This document shows positions 13,481 to 26,003 of a stretch of 64,000 nt of DNA, piece after piece (position 1 is the stretch's first letter; every line of letters begins with the position of its first letter). Source of the DNA: Saccostrea echinata (lineage: Eukaryota); the NCBI RefSeq assembly GCF_033153115.1, contig NW_026889759.1, positions 5,704,001-5,768,000 of the forward strand, in the 5' to 3' direction. The notes beneath the pieces were generated by a model that saw only the letters and a program-made list of their open reading frames with translations, searched no databases and was not told the origin of the DNA. Made by a program: the position numbers and the translations under genes.

Positions 13481-15981
13481 TTAGGTTACCTTTATTAGGT
13501 CAATGCAAAGGGTAGTTGCAGGATAAACTAAAATACGCCTGCCGATCACTGCTGGGCCATGGGAAAATATGCCTGCCGAGAAAATTTATGAAATCAATGA
13601 ACCCTAACTCCATCACGATTCACGAGGGCCCTCTATCAATATGCCAATGTATTAAAGACAATTTTTTCCCCAGTTTAGTTTTATATACCCTTTTCTTAAA
13701 TTTGTAAACATAAAAATTGTCAATTTGTTTTTGATTTAAAATAGTATGGAATTCTATTTAAGAACGGCATCAACAATAGAAACAAATAACGTTAAAATAA
13801 AGTATTTTATGTATAAGAATGCCACGCTTAACATTATCTTTACGTGTAGTACATTAGGACAAATGTATACAAAAAATAAAATATTTTCAGCCATATTCAA
13901 ATGGTATGTCATGTTAAACCTTTGAAATAGACCTTCATTAAAATAACTGATGTGAAAATGAGTATGTTGATGGCTTGAGGCACATGTCAGAGATATCGAT
14001 GGAATAGTGCATAGGGGAAAAGGTGCTTACTAAATTCACATAAAATACGATACATACAATAAATTATGTGTAATTGTTATTTGTTTTTGACACATTCTTG
14101 AACTTGACTGTTATAGTATCTCGGCATTTGACTGTAGATTTTCAGCATGCAAAAAATGATATGACAATCGCATTCATTTACAAATAGCGTGGAGTTTCCA
14201 GAAAGTGACGGCGATAGAGACAGAGTTAGGGGGTTTGGGGATGTAACATTCATACAGCAGACATCAACACCATGGTTATAATTTTCATAGACTGGTAGAG
14301 CCTCCGAGAATGTTAAAACTCTTAAATAATTAATACTTATTCTTGAATCTTCAGATGTTTTAATCAGATTACTAAACTAGGCCTAACTCTTGTATCAGAA
14401 AGTGAACATGTAATTGCGAATTGAAATGAGAATTTGCCAAATTTTGGTGGCTGTTTGCTTTATGTTTAAATTATTTTACAATGTACAAATACAAAGGATG
14501 ACTGCACTTAACGCCTGTTTTTGGGTCTTTTTCGGTTGCTTCTGTTGCTTTTATATCTAAACCTTGTTTCACTTTTGTATGTTTATGAAAGAATCCTGTC
14601 AATTTGGAACCAAATTTTAATCTTAAAATGATTTTAGACTGTGATACAATAAAATGATTCAATGTTTTTTGTCCTTACTGCTTTCCAAATACATGTATAG
14701 TGAATTTACACTTACCTGCCCTTGATTGAACATTAGATATGCATGAGAGGTGGAGCTAACATTGTAAGAATGGGTCTAAAATTAGACTTGATAAATAACA
14801 ATGAGATGTTTGGAAAAAAGAACGTGATCACTCTTTCCAATCTCCTTCTCCATTCTGTATGGCACAAATACACTTCTGACAAAGGTTTCAAAACGAAATT
14901 AACAATATGAGCACGTCAGTGTAATTAAAGCAGATTTTATATCAATGCCAGATGACTTAACGTGTTCAAACACAATGTCCTAGTTAGCACAAAACATGCT
15001 ACCTTACAAGTCACGTGACGGAATTTAGTATTCACAAAGTTATCTGGGGTAAGAAATCACATGGTGAATTATAATATTCAACATGTCACAATCCTTGGTT
15101 ACAACACAGAGAGCGGATATGAGAAGAAGCCGTTTTTTCTCTTTTTAACCATGAGCGCATGTTTGTCTATTAATCTCCTTTTGACTAATTATTATTTATG
15201 CAAATATACAACTACTGTGAAACATAGAACAATAGACAAACATGCGCTGACTATGTATTAAGTCAGTAAAAAAGTGGGCGTCCTCATTATCGAATGGAGA
15301 TTCAAGAAATTGTGATGACCTCTGCCTTTGAAAACAGATTCAAACTTCGTAAATACACACTTTTATTAAACGTAATTACATAAAGTTGTAGATTGGATGT
15401 TGACCATTCTTACAATGAAAAGAAATATGCTTGTTTTGAAAGTTTATTTTGTCGCAAATTTCGCATGTCCTTAAGTGCAGTCATCCTTTATTAAAAATCC
15501 ATTCCAATAAACAAAAAGAACAGATTATACATTCATCAGAAAATAAACTTTAAACTGGGAATAAATGTAGTTTGAAAATTTTTTAGTGATGTTTGTGACA
15601 TTTTGGGCAAATAAACATGGTGCTGATAGCGTTGCCTATCCTGTTAGTATGTCTCGGATCTCATAATGTCATTTTTATTACACAATATTTATGACCTCAG
15701 AATTGTTTAGTAGTTATGTTTTATTTATAAAATCATTAAAATAAAGTCTATAACCTGCTTCTATACACTAATGTAATTCTATCACTATCGGTGCAATTTA
15801 AAATTGATATTAAATATTGATATTCCGTATGAATTATACAACGTGTTATTTTACGATCAGGACCAGGTGTTACATACCTGTTCAATTCATGAATCTTTTT
15901 TTTTTTAATGTATAGATTATAATGTGAAGCAATGGCGGTGAATTCTTGTATGGGTGGCTGTGTGTGGAACCTCTGTGCATC

Positions 15982-18106
15982 ATGCCATCCAATACACAGT
16001 GTTTCCTGTGTGGAAAAAGATGGACTCCATTTCAGTTTTCTCTCGTAGTTCTTATATGCCTAGTATTGTTCAACGAGTATCTCATCTATGTCTTTCAAAC
16101 CATGAGATGGCCAGCCATCCCAGATGTAAACAGGTTTGTATTTAACCTCAATTTTCAAGTTGTTTCATTAGGTTTAAGTATTTGTAATTAAATAAAATTT
16201 TCTTGCTATAGAAAAAAAAATAAATACAGTTTAACTTTGATATCTTGAATACCATGGATATGTCCAGGTGAGGTATAAATCACAATTACATTTTCTTTGT
16301 TTTTCAACTTCGATATCTTGAATCATTGAAAATCTCAATGTTTTTTTTCAGTCCATTGAGTTTGAGATGATGAATGTTGAATGTACATGTATATCACTGC
16401 CCATACAGTAAAGGTAGCAAAAGAAAGATAACTTATATCTTAATGTGGAATACAGGTAAAATTCCTTCATAAATCTATGTCTTGCAGGGAAGATGGCTCA
16501 TCTGTTGTTATTTTGCTGGTAGCCGATCCACAGATACAGGGGTACCAGACAGAAGGAAGTTGGATAGGACCTTATGCCAGATGGGATGCTGATAGGTAAT
16601 TATTTCAGTAATGTATTTGTGTAACAGTTAGGTTTGCTTCATTTTTTCATTTATATTGGAGTATTGGCATACTGTATAATTTACTCTGTAGAGGAAAAAT
16701 AAGGGTGAATGTTGAGTGATGAAACAAACTTATATGGAAAAATGGCATCAAGTATAATTAAAAAAAAAAAATCAACAGTAGAAAAACAAAATGGAGGATC
16801 ACAAAGACTGAAAGTACCCTATATACTCGCCTATAAGTCGGTCCACCTGTAAGTCGGTTGTATTTTTTGAGGTTATTTTGCAGGGATTTGCCATTGACCC
16901 TCTTATGAGTCGGTACAACTTTTTGCCAGAATCAGATGACAATTTCAAATAAATGCTCTGATGCTTTAACCTGATTTCAATTAATAGTTTTAAAAATGAA
17001 GCCGATATTTAACTTTAAATCATTAAAAAAATAAATAATGCCCTCTTAATATTAAAAAAATAAAATTATTAAATACATGTATATAAATACTTGTACTTTA
17101 TGTACAATCTTTATAGAATACATAAATGATACAATATATCCAGACTTTGTTCAACGATAACTGTTGAAAATGTTTATAGAATACTATGTTTCGCTATCCA
17201 GAAAAATACCAGTCTTTTTATGATTCGCGTTTAAGTCGGACATAGACTTTTGGACTAAAATTTAACTCCCAAAAAACTGATTTAAAGGCGAGTATATACG
17301 GTACTCAAAAATTATGTTTCAGGGTTTAAAATAAGTGTAACTAAAGATGAATACAAAGCTTATCAAAACAATGATTTGAAAACCAGAGAATATTGAACAG
17401 AGTCCTCAATCACAGGCACTTGGGGGCATGGACCCCCTCCCTTTCCAATTTCGAATTCCTTCTCTCTTTTTATATGTATCCATTGAGAATTAGATAATTA
17501 AAAATAGCTCATAGAGATGAAAAGTGTACATTATCCATAACATGTAATGCATAATGCATACTAGTATTAAAATATATGAATAGGGGAAAAGTGTGTCGAT
17601 CCCATTTTAATTTTTTAGAAAATGGGAAAAGATGGAGGGGGGGAGGGGGGGCTTGCCCCAAGTGCTTGTGTCCTCAATATATCAAGTAATTGAATTCTAA
17701 TGGTAAAACAGCTAAATAGAATACTACAGCTTATTCTAAGATTAATATACTGGGGAAGTACATGTATCTGATCTGAATCACTTCCACAGGAATTCTGAAA
17801 GTTAGGCCAAATAAAAAATTATGTGTGGTTCCGGTTACCCGACCTTCCCTATTTTATACCCCCGACCTTAAACTTTTTTTTGGCAATTTTCATATTTTTT
17901 CTGGAATTTTCCCCGATTTCCATCGATGGCAGTTTCAGCAATGACGGCCTCCTTGCAAAACATAGTTTAATAGTGTTAAATCCAAAGCAAACTAGCATGT
18001 AGGTGTCCCCTACCAATATTGACTAGTATATTATCACACCACATCTAAATGCCATTTGCAAAGCAGTGATAGGTATTATTTCTAAAGAAAAAATTAAGAA
18101 AATCAT

Positions 18107-18143
<37 letters not shown>

Positions 18144-21100
18144 ACCTACCTACCCTAATTTTTATGGAGGTGTAACCGGAACCAGACATATTTTTTTTGT
18201 TTGGCCTTACTTAGTTTGTTATACTGAAAAAAAAAATGAAAATGTATATGACATTTTTGATTGCAGCTATCTACAAGTATGTAAATGATTTCTCATATCT
18301 ACGTTCAGGACAGTGTACATGAATACTAGTATCTTTATTTTATTTTTTAGTTACCTCAAAAAAACATTTTCCTTTGCTGCGGCTCATACAAAACCTGATG
18401 TTGTGATATTTTTGGGGGACCTGATGGATGAAGGAAGTCGGGCCACTCATGATGAATATAGAGATACTTATTACAGATTTCATAGCATTTTCTCAAACTT
18501 CCCAAGTGCCAAGGTACTCCCTTGTTTATAAGTGATAGGGCTTTAGGTTCACTGACTCTCTGTTTAGATAGTTTACTCTCAATTGGATAAATGACTATTA
18601 AGTGGCAGATTGATTTGAAACTGTTGAAACTGGAATAAAAGATGTTGCAAATAATAGATGTTTACAGCAATTATTAATTGGATTTCTTTAGGAAAATCAT
18701 TAGCTTAAAAGCAAAATTTTGTGTGGGAAAGCAGAAGGTTAAAAGCGATTTTTTTTCTACCCATTGGGAATGGGTCCTGTGCTCTGATTTACAGATTTTT
18801 GACTTTTGCTTCATTTGTATTTATTTGAAAATAAAAGGAAAAGAAACGTTTACAAAATATACATATTTTTCCGCAGATAGATGTGTGGCACCTATACTCC
18901 ATCATTTTATTTTTTCTCAGAGAATCTACATTCCAGGAGATAATGATGTAGGAGGAGAATTCAGGGACTACCGCACACCCGAGAAAGTTGACAGATTTGT
19001 AAAACATTTTGAACAAGTTGATGGCATTGTTCAGCATGGTTTCATAGATTTTATCAAGGTAAGTCAGAATTTTGTAAAAATACACATGTACATACATGAT
19101 TTAAAAATGAAACTTTACCTAAACCAAGAATTAAATCTAGATTTGGAATTTTAAAGGACCAATTTTTATTGGGAGCATTAAATCAAGTCCTACATGTACC
19201 TCCCTATCATTTGGGGGGGGGGGGATGTTGTATTTTATAGAAAGATAAAGTTACTTGTGATTTGTGATTACAGAACAGATCTTAGAGTCAGATTAGTTGT
19301 AAGAATCACTTGCAGTGTTTGTTGTATGCTGTGATGATTCAACTCCTCTCTAGAGATACATGTTTGTATGGTTTTTTATTTACTTGTCAAGATATCACCA
19401 TGATGAATTCATTTTCTCAGATTGACACCCGAATACAGAATACTATGTTCCAAGAAAAGGAAAAGCTGTTCAGACATTACAGAAAGTCACTGAACTCACC
19501 CATCCATGTTGTCATCAACCACGAGAGTCTGCTACCCTTACAGTTCAAGTCACCTATCTACCCTGTAAGTCTTCACAGAATTTATAGAACAGTTTGTAAT
19601 GGAATCTTTAATCTAATTTTTTTTAAAAATGCTTCAGGATTATTCTGAAATGTTGCATCTTTATATTGTCTGATTCTATAGTTAGAAATATTAGTTCATT
19701 TGAAAAAAAAAAGAATTATGCCCAAATACTCTTTCAAGCCTGAACAGTAGAGCTGCAGTCTCAGTAGAGATATACAATGTATCTTTTATGAAAAATAGTG
19801 TATACATGTTCATTTAGATATACTAATAATATTGTAATAAGAAATGGCTACAAACATTACAACATTTTAATGCAGGCAGATAGTCAAGATTTATCTCAAA
19901 AGAAGTGTAATTGAAATTCGTCTTTAGGTTTAAATTGTTCATTAATGTATTTGCAGCTTTTAGCTATGGTTAGTGGCAAACTCATCTTTTCAGCTCACTG
20001 GCACAAGGTAAGCAAGTGACAGCAACAAAAACACTTTAACCATAGCAAGTATTGTCAGACTATATTTCAATCATCAGATGTTGTAAATGTACTTTTTTCC
20101 ATGGGGTCATAATTTCTGTTCAATCTGCAGATAGAAAATTGTGTGGATTTCTTAGATTGCCACTGTGTGACTTTAATGTACTTGAGGTACGCCAAGACAA
20201 ATTTCCACTGATGACTGTGTACATAGCATAAATTAATACTATGTGGAAAAAAATTACTTCTACAGTAAATGTATACTCTATCCTGAGTATATCAGATTTT
20301 GTAAAAATACATGTATAAAATTAATAGAATTCTTTGCCATCTTTCAATAATAGCAAATTGGTTTTAATATTCAAACCTTTCTTCTTACAAAATGTATAAT
20401 GTTTAACATTTCTCAGGATACTGAAATTTTGTACAATTTATATATATAGAAGTAAATTTTGATTTTCCCATATGTAATCCCTCTTGTAGCCGATTGCCTA
20501 TATTTGTGATGACTGTATGAGAAATGATGATTATTCATGGTCAGTTCACCAGAGAGATTTGACCCACATGCATGGGTTCATGTTTGAGAACATTACTCGC
20601 AGTGCTGAGTGTCTGACTGAAATAATGGTCCCGACCTGTAGCTACAGAATGGGGGAACCAAACATGGGATACGGAGTAGCAGTCCTAGGTAATCTGTGTC
20701 GTAAAATAAGTACAGTTGTACTATGATATTAAATAGGTGACCATTAATTAACCTAGAGGTGTATTTGTTACGTTTTCTATTCATATTTAATATATATTGT
20801 ATTTTCATAATCATGTGAATTTAATGTTCCTTTTTTTATATAATAGTGTTATTATTTGGATGTACTATGCCGAAATAGTAGTCATGGTTTGACACATGGT
20901 GCACGAGCCGGAGGCGAGTGCACTATGTGTCAAACCCTGACTACTATTTCGGCATAGTACATCCAAATAATAACACTATTATAATTATTATGCTGACTGT
21001 TGTTTGTATACGACAATTTAATTAAATTCTCAATCCCAAACCTGTTTGCAGACGTTAAATCTAAATGAAAATTTTCTTGAACATTCTTTAATCAAGCGTT

Positions 21101-21851
21101 ATCTCAAAAAGCGTTTTATTGACTCCGAAGAACCAGTTCATGTTACGTTGCAATTTTGGTTACTGATAAATTCGATTATTTGTTAGAGAATTTTTCTTTA
21201 AGATCCTTATCAATAATATCAGTCTTTTAGAAATTATATTCATTTATTTCTTGTTTTGTGACAAATGTATAAAAACTACGTTTATATACTTGAAAATACA
21301 TTCCGTAAAGTAGCGGTGTTTGTGGCGTAATCGGTAACGCGTTGGACTGACGTTCTCCAGACCGTGAGTTCGATCCCCAGCGTGGGTGCTAATTACATTT
21401 TCTCTAGAAAAGACACCCGTGCACTATTTCGGCATAGTATGCTTACGCTATATAAATCCTTAGAACACTATGCGAAAATAGTTGGGTATTGATTATATAG
21501 AGACAAACTGACAGGAAGCATAATAATATCTTATTCATGTACTGTGACACATTCCCATAATCTTAAGAATGTAACATTTTAGGCTTATTTACCTTGAAAA
21601 CCCTATTCAGTATTCATAACACAATAGTTTTAATTGATCAATTGAACATATACATACACAAGTATACATAACATTTTTCAGATGCAAAAGGAGGTCTTCA
21701 TTATGGCATTTTGTGGAATCCCAACAGATACCGTGTTCTGTACAGCTATCTCATGGTCACTCTTCTAGTCATCTTTGTTAACGTTGTCCTCTACTGTTGC
21801 CCAGCCATTTGTAAATGTTGCTGTGGACGAAGGACTCAGTTTTATAGGTGA
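15982..21851 (+). CDS. Cdc1/MPPE1(PGAP5)-like metallophosphoesterase, ~374 aa; exons 15982-16133, 16488-16595, 18351-18513, 18921-19058, 19421-19564, 19957-20007, 20490-20688, 21682-21851
   Basis: Calcineurin-like motifs in order: LLVADPQ, FLGDLMDEG, IPGDNDVGGE, INHES, FSAHWH, then VPTCSYRMG. N-terminal and C-terminal TM segments. All introns GT-AG with matching phases; total 1125 nt. Confidence 0.9.
16817..17301. mobile_element. Tc1/mariner-pogo-type MITE
   Basis: TA|CCCTATATACTCGCCT...AGGCGAGTATATACGG|TA; internal TAAGTCGG repeats. Confidence 0.7.
17411..17670. mobile_element. hAT-like MITE
   Basis: TIR CACAGGCACTTGGGG / CCCCAAGTGCTTGTG with 8-bp TSD TCCTCAAT. Confidence 0.72.
17805..18206. 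mobile_element. MITE with GGCC termini and TTA TSD (PIF/Harbinger- or Zator-type)
   Basis: TTA|GGCCAAATAAAAAATTATGTGTGGTTCCGGTTAC ... GTAACCGGAACCAGACATA..TTTGGCC|TTA. Confidence 0.72.
20839..21527. mobile_element. Terminal-hairpin element H4, carrying a tRNA-like segment, in the last intron of the phosphoesterase gene
   Basis: Near-perfect hairpin 20839-20983 (apex GAGCCGGAGGCGAG); IR ATTATTATGCT 20984-20994 / 21517-21527; arm echo ACTATTTCGGCATAGTA at 21423. Confidence 0.75.
21312..21389 (+). pseudogene. tRNA-derived sequence (pseudo-tRNA or SINE head)
   Basis: A box TGGCGTAATCGG (21323) with D-stem GCGT/ACGC; stem TGGA/TCCA; B box GAGTTCGATCC (21366). Anticodon loop is 9 nt and the acceptor stem is poor, so not a functional tRNA. 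Confidence 0.6.
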
Positions 21852-21947
21852 CGTATGCAGATCTTAGATCACCCCAAACCTGCACTCACAGAATAAGATT
21901 ATAGAGCTAAAAAATCCCACATTTCCTGAAAAATTACATGTAAAGAT

Positions 21948-22127
21948 ATAGTTCAATTTTGGTATCTCGAACATGGATATCTCGAATACCATGGATATAT
22001 TAAAATGATCTGTATTTAAGTCCCAACTACTTATTCTTTAAGTATTTTATCCTGGATACCTGGAATCCTTGGATATCTCGAAGTTTTTTCTTGGCCCCAT
22101 CGAGTTCGAGATAACGAGGTTTGACTG
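21948..22127. mobile_element. pogo/Tigger-type MITE (degenerate relatives at ~16227-16383 and ~24177-24415)
   Basis: End GAGATAACGAGGTTTGACTG|TA; internal ATCTCGAA repeats. The 24177 copy reads TA|CAGTGAAAC...GCTTGACTG|TA. Confidence 0.6.
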
Positions 22128-22205
22128 TATTTAGAATGTTGTGAAGACTTGATAGTTGTTTTGTGTGAATGAAGAAGTTATATAAATATAATAATTTTAT
22201 GATTA

Positions 22206-22455
22206 GGCCATCTTTAAAAAAAATGTTTGGTTGCCCTTTCCCGATCAACTGGCTAAAAATGGCCCTACTCGAAACTTTTTTTAACCTCCGGGAAACAACT
22301 ATTTTTTTAGTGCATTCTGGAAAAAAAGATTTTGAAAATTCAGCATTGATTTGAATTTTTCTGGAAAGAATTTTTTCCACCTACCTAGTACCTACCACCT
22401 CAACTTTTCATCCTGAGTCAGGAGAGGGCAAACAAACATTATTTTAAAGTTGGCC
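22206..22455. mobile_element. GGCC-terminus MITE (related copy at 1837-2011)
   Basis: GGCCATCTTTAAAAAAAATGTTTGGTTGCCC ... GGGCAAACAAACATTATTTTAAAGTTGGCC. Confidence 0.6.
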
Positions 22456-25194
22456 TTGTATATATTATTTTATAATTTTTTCTGTTGATACATATATGAA
22501 AGTGATTGGTTACAGGAAGACAAAGAATCTATTGATTATTGACACAAATGTTGTAATGACTGATGTTATACCTAAACCTTTGAGTATTCCTGGTCAAAGA
22601 CCAAACAATCAATCTTATTTTGAATTATATAAAGGAACAAAGTTTGTTTTTTTTTACTTTATAAGGTCATATATCAAGTAGATAGCAATATGAAATTTAG
22701 TAGAGAACATTTTTAACATTTGTCCAAATGACAAACATGACAACTTTTGTCAGGAAAATCTGTCAGTTCATGTATTTATTGATTTGAAACAGTTTCGATA
22801 CTTTGATCAACAATAAATCATAATTGTACATGTAATAATTACCAAGGTATTGTAGGGAAAAAGCCAAGGCAATAACTTTATTTGATTATTTTCATTTTGT
22901 GTAGAATGTGAAAAAGAGAAGAAAATATTTTTTGTGTGTTTAGAGGCATTGTTTTAGTGCACATCTGAAAAAAACAGGTTGACCATGAATGCATATTTTA
23001 AGATTAAGTTTTGTTGTACACATGGGATAAAATTTACGTATATTTTATATGATACACATGTGATAAATGTACCTGTATGATAATGACACGACCTGGAGGT
23101 AAGATATTTGTTTTGGTGCATCAGTATTGTGATACTTTTATTGTAAATTTTAGTTTCATTCAACAATGTGTAGAATTAACATGTGCCTGTAGAACAATCA
23201 CATCCACCCCGACTGTAAAACAGGTCAAATCACTTTTCACGAATGATTACATTTGCATAGTGTAATAGTAAGGTTAGTTGAGTGAAAATGCAATTTTGTT
23301 CCACTTGGATAAAGTTATAGTTATTGTAACTTTTTTGAAAATCATCTAATTTGTTCATTTGTAAATATTTTTATTTTTATTCAGGAGTTCACTAAAGGAT
23401 GGGATAAAGACTCTGAAAAGATTTTGATTTTCTATAGAGAATGTATTTAAACTATTATCCTATATATAATGCCTAGTTTCTTGTAATAATTAATAATGTA
23501 TTTCTTTAGCTTTTAAACATTTTCTTTATCGAGACAAAAATAAAGGACCTTCATTACTATGTCCATGTATAATGAAATTCATGTATCCAATAACAAAGTG
23601 TATCCAGTATCCACATTTAACCTTGTCATAATGGTATTTTTACTTGGATATATGTTAAGATATAAATGGTGTGCCAATCAAGACCTATACATGTAAACTG
23701 TGATATATATATGTATTGACCCAGCAGGACCAGATAATAGTACATGTATCTATAGAAACTGGTTATCACTGTTTATTCCAATAATGAAATATTCTAGATG
23801 TTTTAATTTTGTCAGTTTTATGCTGCAACTAATACATAAGCTTTGTTTTCAGTGGTGAAGTTAATGAGAGTTCATTTTAAAGTTTCCCTCTCTGATGAGC
23901 AAGCATCATCATTTTCTGTAGAGCAAGCTTACTCAAATAATATCAGGAGGGCTGTGGTGAACTTTATAACGTATCAGTTTGAATTCCATGTGGATGTATT
24001 TTCAATTTTGTTTTCAATCTGTACAAAACAACATTTCTACATTTTTTTAGGAAGTAAGTTACATAACATATATTAATCTGCCTCGTTATTTCTTTAGTAA
24101 TTCAAGTGACAGACACTTATTAGGTAGTACAAAATAAACATGGTTGTAGACGTAGGTTGTAGCATGGTTCTACGTACAGTGAAACTTCGTTAATCCGGAC
24201 TCCAATAATGTGAACCCTTAACCTTCGGGACGACAATTTATATATATCAGGTATGTTTCAGTTATTTGGAGGCTTCATCAATCAATCACCTTCCAGACCA
24301 CCTTTGTGGGGAACGTGCAATTTGTATATATCAAGTATTTTTAGTAATTTGGACGTTCCTTGATCCGGACAATTTGCTTGGGAACACAAGTGTCCGGATA
24401 TACTAGGCTTGACTGTACGTGAACCATTTGAATTTAGAAAAAAAACAAACATGTCAATTGACAAAATATAACCAAATTACAGATAAAACGAGAATAATTA
24501 TTGAAATGTAGAAGAAAAAAATACACAACAGATTGATATTGAATTTATAGAAAATAATAAGGAGTTGTAATTTATTATGGCATGTGCATTCATAGAGTTT
24601 GAATTTTGAGAAGATTATGTCACGGATATTTATAATGAGCAATGAACAATAGGGAGAGTATTCTTTGTATATAGTTTTCCAGTATTTACTCTGTGTTTTA
24701 TTTGTAACCAATTCTTTTAAATTTCCATTGTAATACTCAATGTAAATCCTTATATTAAGAATTGCATTGCATGATTAAAATTAATATTGATTGAAATTAA
24801 TTGCTTCCTGATTGAAATTAATTGCTTACATTGCAAGGATAACCTAGTCTTTAATACGGAGTTATAACTACATGTATTCCCTATTTGCTTCTCAATAATT
24901 ATCTCGTTTTGGGTCGATTGATCGAAGTGTGAAATAAATATATTAAAATATTTAGAATTTTATTTTATTTTTAAATGTTAAACTTTCTTGCGTATCGAAG
25001 ATTTATCGTCAGTAATCTCAACACTGCACACACTCCTCTTTTTACGGTCTTTTTGCGGTCAGTTCGAACCGTTCTGTAAATCCGTTTTCAATCTTATTGG
25101 ATAATGGTTCTTGTGCATTCTGTGGTCAAGTTTAAATAAAAAAGTCCATTGAGCTCATTTTCGTTGGTAAATAAAAAAATCGCATTATAGCCAA

Positions 25195-26003
25195 CTACTC
25201 TCGCGAATGATACCCCCGCTTCCATATGAGTATGACGAAGTCCAATGTTTTGCTGTGGAAAACCCCAAATACCTACATGTATCTAATCCAAAGGTAAAAC
25301 AGGAGATGCACCATGGCACTGTGTATTAAAGATTCTGTAAAGGTTTCATTAAATTTCATTCAGCAGTATAGGAGGAAGCGGATAAGAGATGGATATATTA
25401 TAGGAAGAATGGCAGCGTCCAGGTTTTGTTGTAGGAAACACTAAATAACTGTCCGATTGGAATGAAAAAGGAAATTTATTATATGGCACTATGTATAAAG
25501 ATTCTGTGAAAGTCTCGTTAAATTTTATTCAGTGATGTAGAAGGAATTGCGGATAAGAGATGGGTACCTCCAATATGATAGAAAGAATGTGTTCATGTTC
25601 TGCTGCGGGAAACTCCAAATATGTGTCCAATCGAAACGTAAATCGAGATGCACAATGGCATTATGTAATATATTTTGTGAAAGATTTATTTATTCAGTGG
25701 TGTAGGAGCAGTTGCGGATAAGAGATGGGTACCTCCAGTATTATAGAAGGGATAACAATATCCTGGTTTTGCTATGGGAAACGCCAAATGTGTGTCTGAT
25801 CGAAACATAAAATAGATGCACAATGGCACTATGTAATAAACATTCTTTGAAAGTCGCTGTAAATTTTATTCAGTGGTAGAGGAGGAGTTGCGGATAAGGA
25901 ATGGATACCTCCAAGTGTTAAGGGCGTTCGGAAGGACGCACAGAAGAATGGACACCCCTATCACTATATCCCCCCTTTTCAAGCGGGGGGGGGGGGTTAA
26001 AAT
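25195..26003 (+). mobile_element. HINE/Helentron-like (CvA/pearl-type) element with ~4 tandem ~170-bp satellite units
   Basis: Head GATACCCCCGC. GCGGATAAG recurs at ~25378, 25549, 25714 and 25889. 3' end CACCCCTATCACTATATCCCCCC..GCGGGGGG hairpin, then an A-run. Confidence 0.72.

Noticed and set aside
18267-18320. Possible duplicated alternative exon 3 of the phosphoesterase (ttgcag|C TAT CTA CAA)
   Set aside because: Similarity lasts ~3 codons, then a stop; no support.
21312-21389. Functional tRNA gene
   Set aside because: 9-nt anticodon loop, broken acceptor and T stems, embedded in a repeat.
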